A stretch of 64,000 nucleotides of DNA from an uncultured bacterium (GTDB taxonomy: Bacteria; Muiribacteriota; CAYSPT01). Shown here in pieces: positions 59,352 to 64,000 of this stretch. The notes below the pieces were generated by a model, which saw only the letters and a list, made by a program, of their open reading frames with translations, did no database searches and had not been told where the DNA came from. Within the stretch, counting starts at the first letter, position 1. Each line of letters starts with the position of its first letter. A program made the translations under genes and the position numbers. The stretch is from assembly GCA_964593455.1 (NCBI GenBank), contig CAZQHK010000005.1, positions 64,912 to 128,911 on the forward strand, given 5' to 3'.

Positions 59352-60374
59352 TCACAACGGCGGGTATCCCGGTCCGCCGGATGCCGCCTCATTCTTATCT
59401 TCATACAGTGAATCGACCCTGTAAATACGGATTATTTCGTGGCTCTCGGGAGTGTAGATCGGTTCTTTGGAGCTATGTGTCAGATAGCCCTCTGTTTCAT
59501 CGATCACATTCTGAGAAACAAGAATTTCATTGTACGTAGCTGCTTTCTTAAGTTTCTCGGTGATCTTTACGGTTATCCCGACAGGAGCGTAGATGGCGAA
59601 ATTCTCGCCCCCGATATTACCTATCACCGTTTTGCCGTAATGAACTCCCATCCCCGGAAACAGTGTTTTTCCCTTGAAGTCCCGGCTGCCGGCTTTTTCC
59701 CTGACTACTTTTTCGATATCGAAAGCCGCTTTAAGGGCAGCCATACATGAGGCCAGGCAGTCTTCTTCCTCGGGATCGAACACAGCCCTGATGTTGCCGA
59801 CATACACTCCGTAAATGATCCCGCCATATTTGTGTATTACAGTGGTCACCACGGTGAAATACTCGCTCATGATATCCAGAATATCAGCGTCGGTCAGGTC
59901 GGTAAACTCGGCGGCGTAGTTCTTGATTCCCACGTGCAGGAGGGCAACCGGTCTTAGATTACTTTCGAGTACCCCGGGAACCCTCTGTATGAAGCGATTG
60001 CCGAGGTTCCGGGAAACGAAACCGAAAAAGAGTTTCCGTAACCGGCTGTTTTCCAGAAGAGACACGTAGAAAGCGCAGAAAATCATCAGGACAAATCCGA
60101 ACAACGAATAGATGGTCTGCTCAGGTTTCTTTTGAGCATAGAGCGCTATGGAGGCGATAAGCAATAACAAGGCAACGAGTGAGAACACGAGAAGCAGGAT
60201 AAAGTTCCGTTTCCCGGGCCGGGACTCCAGGCGGCGCATACGTTTTTTGAACTCGTTGTCCAGTTTCTTGTACTCGTTCGCCACTTTTTCAGTGGACAGA
60301 TTACTTTGCATTACCTTGGCGTCGAGTTCAATTCGCTGATCCTGATACTCTTTACGCAACTGTTTTAATCTCAT
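59352..60374 (-). CDS. membrane-anchored class III cyclase-homology domain protein with substituted catalytic residues (pseudo-cyclase)
   Basis: Coiled coil plus 2 TM, then a CHD fold: VALLHVGIKNYAAEF, GVYVGNIRAVF, GMGVHYGKTVIGNIGG and VGITVKITEKL. Both metal Asp and the Asn/Arg pair are replaced. Confidence 0.7.
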   Translation of the reverse strand: MRLKQLRKEYQDQRIELDAKVMQSNLSTEKVANEYKKLDNEFKKRMRRLESRPGKRNFILLLVFSLVALLLLIASIALYAQKKPEQTIYSLFGFVLMIFCAFYVSLLENSRLRKLFFGFVSRNLGNRFIQRVPGVLESNLRPVALLHVGIKNYAAEFTDLTDADILDIMSEYFTVVTTVIHKYGGIIYGVYVGNIRAVFDPEEEDCLASCMAALKAAFDIEKVVREKAGSRDFKGKTLFPGMGVHYGKTVIGNIGGENFAIYAPVGITVKITEKLKKAATYNEILVSQNVIDETEGYLTHSSKEPIYTPESHEIIRIYRVDSLYEDKNEAASGGPGYPPL

Positions 60375-60440
60375 TCGCTCACCTATCAGTTTATGAAAAA
60401 AGCGGCTGCTGTCATTGTATAGTTACGTTCGGTGGTATGA

Positions 60441-60470
60441 ATTATAAATTGATCGCCAGAGAAAAGTCAA
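60441..60470 (-). promoter_or_regulatory. sigma70-type promoter for the cyclase-like/HEAT/barrel operon
   Basis: The reverse strand reads TTGACT - 18 nt - TATAAT, about 65 nt upstream of the ATG at 60374. Confidence 0.55.
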
Positions 60471-60494
60471 GCAAAGTCAACTGTCCGTAACCGC

Positions 60495-60524
60495 TTGCAT
60501 ATTATACGACAGATACGGTATATT
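60495..60524 (+). promoter_or_regulatory. sigma70-type promoter of grpE
   Basis: TTGCAT - 18 nt - TATATT. The predicted start falls at about 60531. Confidence 0.5.
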
Positions 60525-60528
60525 CCTT

Positions 60529-60561
60529 CAATGAAATCACAATGAAATCACAATGAAATCA
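60529..60561 (+). repeat. perfect 3 x 11-nt tandem direct repeat (caatgaaatca)
   Basis: caatgaaatca occurs at 60529-60539, 60540-60550 and 60551-60561. This is immediately after the predicted -10 box and 33 nt before the grpE start. Confidence 0.9.
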
Positions 60562-60593
60562 AGTGGGATAACGCCCGCAGGAGGAGAATAGCA

Positions 60594-61499
60594 GTGAAAC
60601 AACACATCGACTATCTTACAACTTTCGTCGACCTGATAAACACACAGGAGATCACAAAACGTATCTCCGCCCTGGATGGTAAACTTAAAAAGTTTTCCTC
60701 GGGGAAAAATATCTCTAAATTCGTAGACAAAATGATATGCGAGCACAAAGTCCGGGAAGACATGGAAATTGCGGTCCGCGACATGCTTTCCAAAGAGACC
60801 GCGAAATACGTAGAAGCACTTCGCGAAGGCGAGCTTATTTTCCAGCTCCAGCCTTTCCTCAAGGGCTCCCCTGACCGCCTGCAGATACTCACAGAACTCC
60901 ACCAATCTCTCGACTCCTGGGAAAAAAACTATAAGTCCAATATAGGTAAAGTCATGGACAGGCTTCTCCAGGACATGATGGCCACCTTTGAATCGCATGA
61001 GAAACTGGCCGGAAAACTGAAGGAAACCGAAGAATCCCTCAAACGTCACAAAGAACTCGCCCAACAGCGAACCGAGAGCCTGGCCCATTTGAAAGCTGAT
61101 TTTGAAAATTATAAAAAGCGGGTGACCAAGGAAAAAGAACAGTTGGGTGAAACGGCCAACGAAGAACTGCTGCAGTCGCTTCTTCCCGTTCTCGACAGCT
61201 TCGATAACGCCCTGAGCCATGTTCCTCCCGGAAGGGAACGGGACGAGGCCTGGCAGGGTCTGATAATGATACACCAGTTGCTCCTCCAGACGCTGGCTGC
61301 CCGAGAAGTACAGCCGATCGAAGCAACGGGACAGCCTTTTAATCCCGATCTCCACGAAGCCATGCTGAGCGAACCGACGGGCGGCATCGTCTCCGAAACG
61401 GTCCTCCAGGACATGCGGCGCGGATACACGTACCACGGAAAACTCCTCAGGCCATCCATGGTCAAAGTGGGAGTGCCGCCAGCGGAGGACAGTAAGTAA
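60594..61499 (+). CDS. grpE: nucleotide exchange factor GrpE with a ~150-aa N-terminal coiled-coil extension
   Basis: GTG start with AGGAGGAG RBS. GrpE core: ADFENYKKRVTKEKEQLGETANEELLQSLLPVLDSFDNAL ... GQPFNPDLHEAM ... RGYTYHGKLLRPSMVKV. Confidence 0.85.
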   Translation: MKQHIDYLTTFVDLINTQEITKRISALDGKLKKFSSGKNISKFVDKMICEHKVREDMEIAVRDMLSKETAKYVEALREGELIFQLQPFLKGSPDRLQILTELHQSLDSWEKNYKSNIGKVMDRLLQDMMATFESHEKLAGKLKETEESLKRHKELAQQRTESLAHLKADFENYKKRVTKEKEQLGETANEELLQSLLPVLDSFDNALSHVPPGRERDEAWQGLIMIHQLLLQTLAAREVQPIEATGQPFNPDLHEAMLSEPTGGIVSETVLQDMRRGYTYHGKLLRPSMVKVGVPPAEDSK

Positions 61500-61649
61500 G
61501 TTCGGTGCGCATGATTCATTGGTGTGACCTCTATGTGTCATTGCTGTTGCATCACTAGAATGAGCTTCTGCGGCAACGAGAAAATGCAAGCATGTTAAAA
61601 AGGACGTTAAAAAGGTGATTGAGATTTTAAGATTGAGATTGAGATGGAT

Positions 61650-61668
61650 AAGCAAGAAGCGTGGAAAG
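61650..61668 (-). repeat. family-A repeat core, reverse orientation
   Basis: The plus strand aagcaagaagcgtggaaag is the rc of ctttccacgcttcttgctt. Three gattgagat modules lie at 61617-61645, and ggtggtcccgccctg at 61736-61750 is identical to 5395-5409. Confidence 0.7.
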
Positions 61669-61776
61669 TGGTCCCTGAGGAAGCTTGTACAGTTATATAG
61701 AGGTGAGTGCTAACAGAGTGCCTTAGCGGTGGCTTGGTGGTCCCGCCCTGTAGTTTTCCGTGAAAGAGGATTGATA

Positions 61777-64000
61777 ATGAAAAAGGAAATCATCGTTATT
61801 TCACATACTCACTGGGATCGGGAATGGTATAAGCCGCTTGAGGAGTTTAGAGCGCAGCTGGCGGACATGATCGACAATCTGCTGGATATCCTGGACCGGG
61901 ATGAACGGTTCAAATACTTTCATCTCGACGGTCAGACGGTGGTGCTGGAAGACTACTTTCACGAGCGGCCGCAGAACAGAGACCGTCTCGAACATTATAT
62001 CCGCGAAGGCCGGGTGCTGATCGGACCCTGGTACGTGCAACCAGACGAGTTCCTGGTCAGCGGTGAAGCCCATATCAGGAACCTCCTCATCGGTCACCGT
62101 ATCGCCCGCCGGTACGGGACTATCATGAAAGTCGGCTACCTCCCCGACTGTTTCGGGCACATCTCTCAGATGCCCCAGATACTCAGAGGGTTCGGAATAG
62201 ACAGCGCCATGTTCTGGCGCGGCGTCGGGAAAGAGATCACCACTACCGAGTTTACCTGGGAAGCACCCGACGGAAGCCGTGTGTTCACCATCTACTTGCG
62301 TTACGGTTACTCAAACGCCGTAGAGCTTCCGGTGGAGGAAGAGCAGCTCCTCCAAAGGGTGGACGAGGCACGGAATAACCTCGAACCGTGGGGGACCACC
62401 AGGTACGTGGTGTTCATGAACGGAAGCGACCACAAATACCTGCAGCGCGACCTGGCGGACATGATAGCCGCTATCCGGAAGAAGCAGGGTGAATCATCCA
62501 TCCGCCAGTCTTCCATGCCCGAGCTGGTGCGCATGCTCAAGGCCGAAGTCCCGGAACTGCCCCCTTACCGGGGCGAGTTCAGGAACTCATTGAGAAGTAA
62601 TATCCTGCCCGGGGTGTACTCTGCCCGGATCTATCTTAAGCAAATGAACACGCATCTGGAATACCAACTCGAGAAACAGATCGAACCACTCTCAACATTC
62701 TGTGCCATGGCGGGTTTCGAGTATCCCAAAGACGAAATTTCCTCTATGTGGAAACAACTCATACAGAACAACGCTCACGACAGCATCTGCGGCTGCAGCG
62801 TGGACCAGGTACACGACGAGATGGAGGAACGGTTTGAAAAGCTTGCCGGGGATGGAGCCGCCCTGGTCAAACAGCTGCGCGAAAATCTTTGTTCGCTGGT
62901 AGACACGGCCACGGCCGGGAGCACCGGCGGACAGCCGATCCTCGTTTTCAATCCGTTGCCGGGTTCGAGAACAGAGATGGTGAAATGCGATCTGGAGGTA
63001 AACGGCGAGAAACACTGCCTCAGCTTTATCGCCGGTGACGTGCCGCCATTCGGCTTCAAGACGTACCGGGTCTTTACGCCGGCTGAAGGCTCCGCTCCGG
63101 AAATAGTCAGACTGAAGGTTCTCGACGGCCTATGTGGCAGCGAGAATAGGGAAATCTCACATTCGGTGCTTCCATGCGCCCATGACACGGCTGATGATAC
63201 CGATGTGCGAGGATACGGAGCGGAAGATCCGGTTCCCGCCATTAAAAACGAGTATTACCGAATAGAGCTTGACCGGAAGAACGCAACCCTCACCGTGCTC
63301 GACAAAAAATCCGGGACAACCTTTACCGCGATAAACCGTTTCGTGGATGAAGGTGACGCCGGGGACGAATACAACTTCTGCCCACCGGCCGGTGAAAACG
63401 AAACCGTGTCATCAGGCGAACCGGAACCGGATGTATTGGTGAAAATCACACCGGTAAACCAGTCCCTGACCTATCGCCTCGTTTACTCGCTCCCGGAAGG
63501 ACTGAGCGAGGACCGAAGTTGCAGAAGCGCCGCGCGCCGGGACTGCCCGCTGATAATCCGAATCACACTTTATCCGAACATTCGCCGAATCGACTTTAGA
63601 ACATCCGTCGAAAACGCCACGAAGGACCACCGTTTGCGGGTCCATTTCCCCGCCGGCCTGAAATCCGATTTCTCGTTTACCGACGGACATTTCGACGTGC
63701 TGAAACGGGCCGCGGAACCGGCGGCGGATGAGGACTACTTCGAGCAACCCATGGGTGATTTCCCACAGAAGAGCTTCACCGCCGTGGGCCGGGATAACGA
63801 CTATTTCGTTCTTTTGAACAAGGGGCTCCCCGAGGCGGAAATAATCCATACAGACGGACAGTCAACCATAGCCCTCACGCTCATCCGGGCCGTGGGTTGG
63901 CTCTCCAGGGACGATCTGGCAACCCGGAAAGACGGGCATGCCGGACCGGGTATGGCCACTCCCGGCGCCCAGTGCTTGCGAAAGATGTTCTTCGAGTACG
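61777..64000 (+). CDS. glycoside hydrolase family 38 (alpha-mannosidase / mannosylglycerate hydrolase-like); 3' end outside the window
   Basis: Not in the ORF track because there is no stop in the window. AAGAGGA RBS. Sequence: MKKEIIVISHTHWDREWYKPLEEF...HLDGQTVVLEDY...GPWYVQPDEFLVSGE...YLPDCFGH...NAHDSICGCSVDQVHDEM...HRLRVHFP. Confidence 0.85.
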   Translation, partial: MKKEIIVISHTHWDREWYKPLEEFRAQLADMIDNLLDILDRDERFKYFHLDGQTVVLEDYFHERPQNRDRLEHYIREGRVLIGPWYVQPDEFLVSGEAHIRNLLIGHRIARRYGTIMKVGYLPDCFGHISQMPQILRGFGIDSAMFWRGVGKEITTTEFTWEAPDGSRVFTIYLRYGYSNAVELPVEEEQLLQRVDEARNNLEPWGTTRYVVFMNGSDHKYLQRDLADMIAAIRKKQGESSIRQSSMPELVRMLKAEVPELPPYRGEFRNSLRSNILPGVYSARIYLKQMNTHLEYQLEKQIEPLSTFCAMAGFEYPKDEISSMWKQLIQNNAHDSICGCSVDQVHDEMEERFEKLAGDGAALVKQLRENLCSLVDTATAGSTGGQPILVFNPLPGSRTEMVKCDLEVNGEKHCLSFIAGDVPPFGFKTYRVFTPAEGSAPEIVRLKVLDGLCGSENREISHSVLPCAHDTADDTDVRGYGAEDPVPAIKNEYYRIELDRKNATLTVLDKKSGTTFTAINRFVDEGDAGDEYNFCPPAGENETVSSGEPEPDVLVKITPVNQSLTYRLVYSLPEGLSEDRSCRSAARRDCPLIIRITLYPNIRRIDFRTSVENATKDHRLRVHFPAGLKSDFSFTDGHFDVLKRAAEPAADEDYFEQPMGDFPQKSFTAVGRDNDYFVLLNKGLPEAEIIHTDGQSTIALTLIRAVGWLSRDDLATRKDGHAGPGMATPGAQCLRKMFFEY

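Noticed and set aside
61617-61645. Clusters of GATTGAGAT (here and at 5210-5276 and 33519-33527) and the 11-nt array at 60529-60561 considered as CRISPR arrays
   Set aside because: The units are 9-11 nt and are directly adjacent or irregularly spaced. There are no 25-40-nt repeats with unique spacers and no cas genes in the window.
60537-61655. 372-aa ORF on the minus strand covering the whole grpE gene
   Set aside because: It lies exactly antisense to a gene with clear GrpE homology, a strong RBS and a promoter. The translation is low-complexity (F/L/G/H-rich) with no motif and no RBS. grpE is rich in GAA/AAG/CTG codons, whose complements avoid stop codons. I treat it as a shadow ORF.
61705-61727. 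CIRCE-like half-site GAGTGCTAA-N9-TTAGC downstream of grpE
   Set aside because: The arm order is everted relative to CIRCE (TTAGCACTC-N9-GAGTGCTAA), and the second arm matches in only 5 nt. It lies after grpE, not before it. A related GCTAA..TTAGC hairpin at 5380-5391 shows that it is part of the family-A companion module.

Overview
This is a 64-kb window at about 55% GC with roughly 40 protein genes. I saw no rRNA, tRNA, CRISPR array, transposase or integrase. It reads like a chromosomal contig from an uncultivated diderm bacterium. A T9SS-type C-terminal sorting domain, a PorV-like barrel and lamin-tail-domain arrays hint at an FCB-type lineage, but that is inference only. All calls rest on motif recognition in the supplied translations and on reading the DNA; no database search was possible. 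Recognisable ordinary genes: TetR plus an LplT/PlsC/ACP/acyl-ACP-synthetase fusion, an ECF sigma/anti-sigma pair, peptidase S51, a NapA-type molybdoenzyme with NrfC/NrfD-type partners, an O-methyltransferase, MsrB-MsrA, a class III cyclase, a cold-shock protein, RmuC, an S9 peptidase, Dtd, DUF456, Cache, DUF59 plus DsbD_2, FlgE, GrpE and a GH38 mannosidase. Unusual content: (1) At 5.6-21.2 kb, an operon of two paralogous giant repeat proteins (1915 and 1297 aa); the first carries an internal, apparently uncleavable GspG-like pseudopilin module, and the pair is followed by a protein with two degenerate secretin-like modules and by a GH16-TolB fusion operon. (2) At 43.4-56.2 kb, an outer-membrane cluster with a 2503-aa lamin-tail-domain/cohesin/T9SS-CTD protein, a PorV-like barrel fused to a ComEA-type HhH domain, and two more barrels. 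(3) A NapA homologue whose Mo-ligand Cys is Gly. (4) Two families of dispersed intergenic repeats: a modular family with at least 11 copies, and a hairpin/MITE-like element with 17-19-nt inverted termini in two copies. (5) A perfect 3 x 11-nt tandem repeat at the predicted grpE transcription start. (6) An operon of a catalytically degenerate cyclase, a HEAT-repeat protein and a barrel. (7) A frameshifted porin and a truncated MsrA domain.
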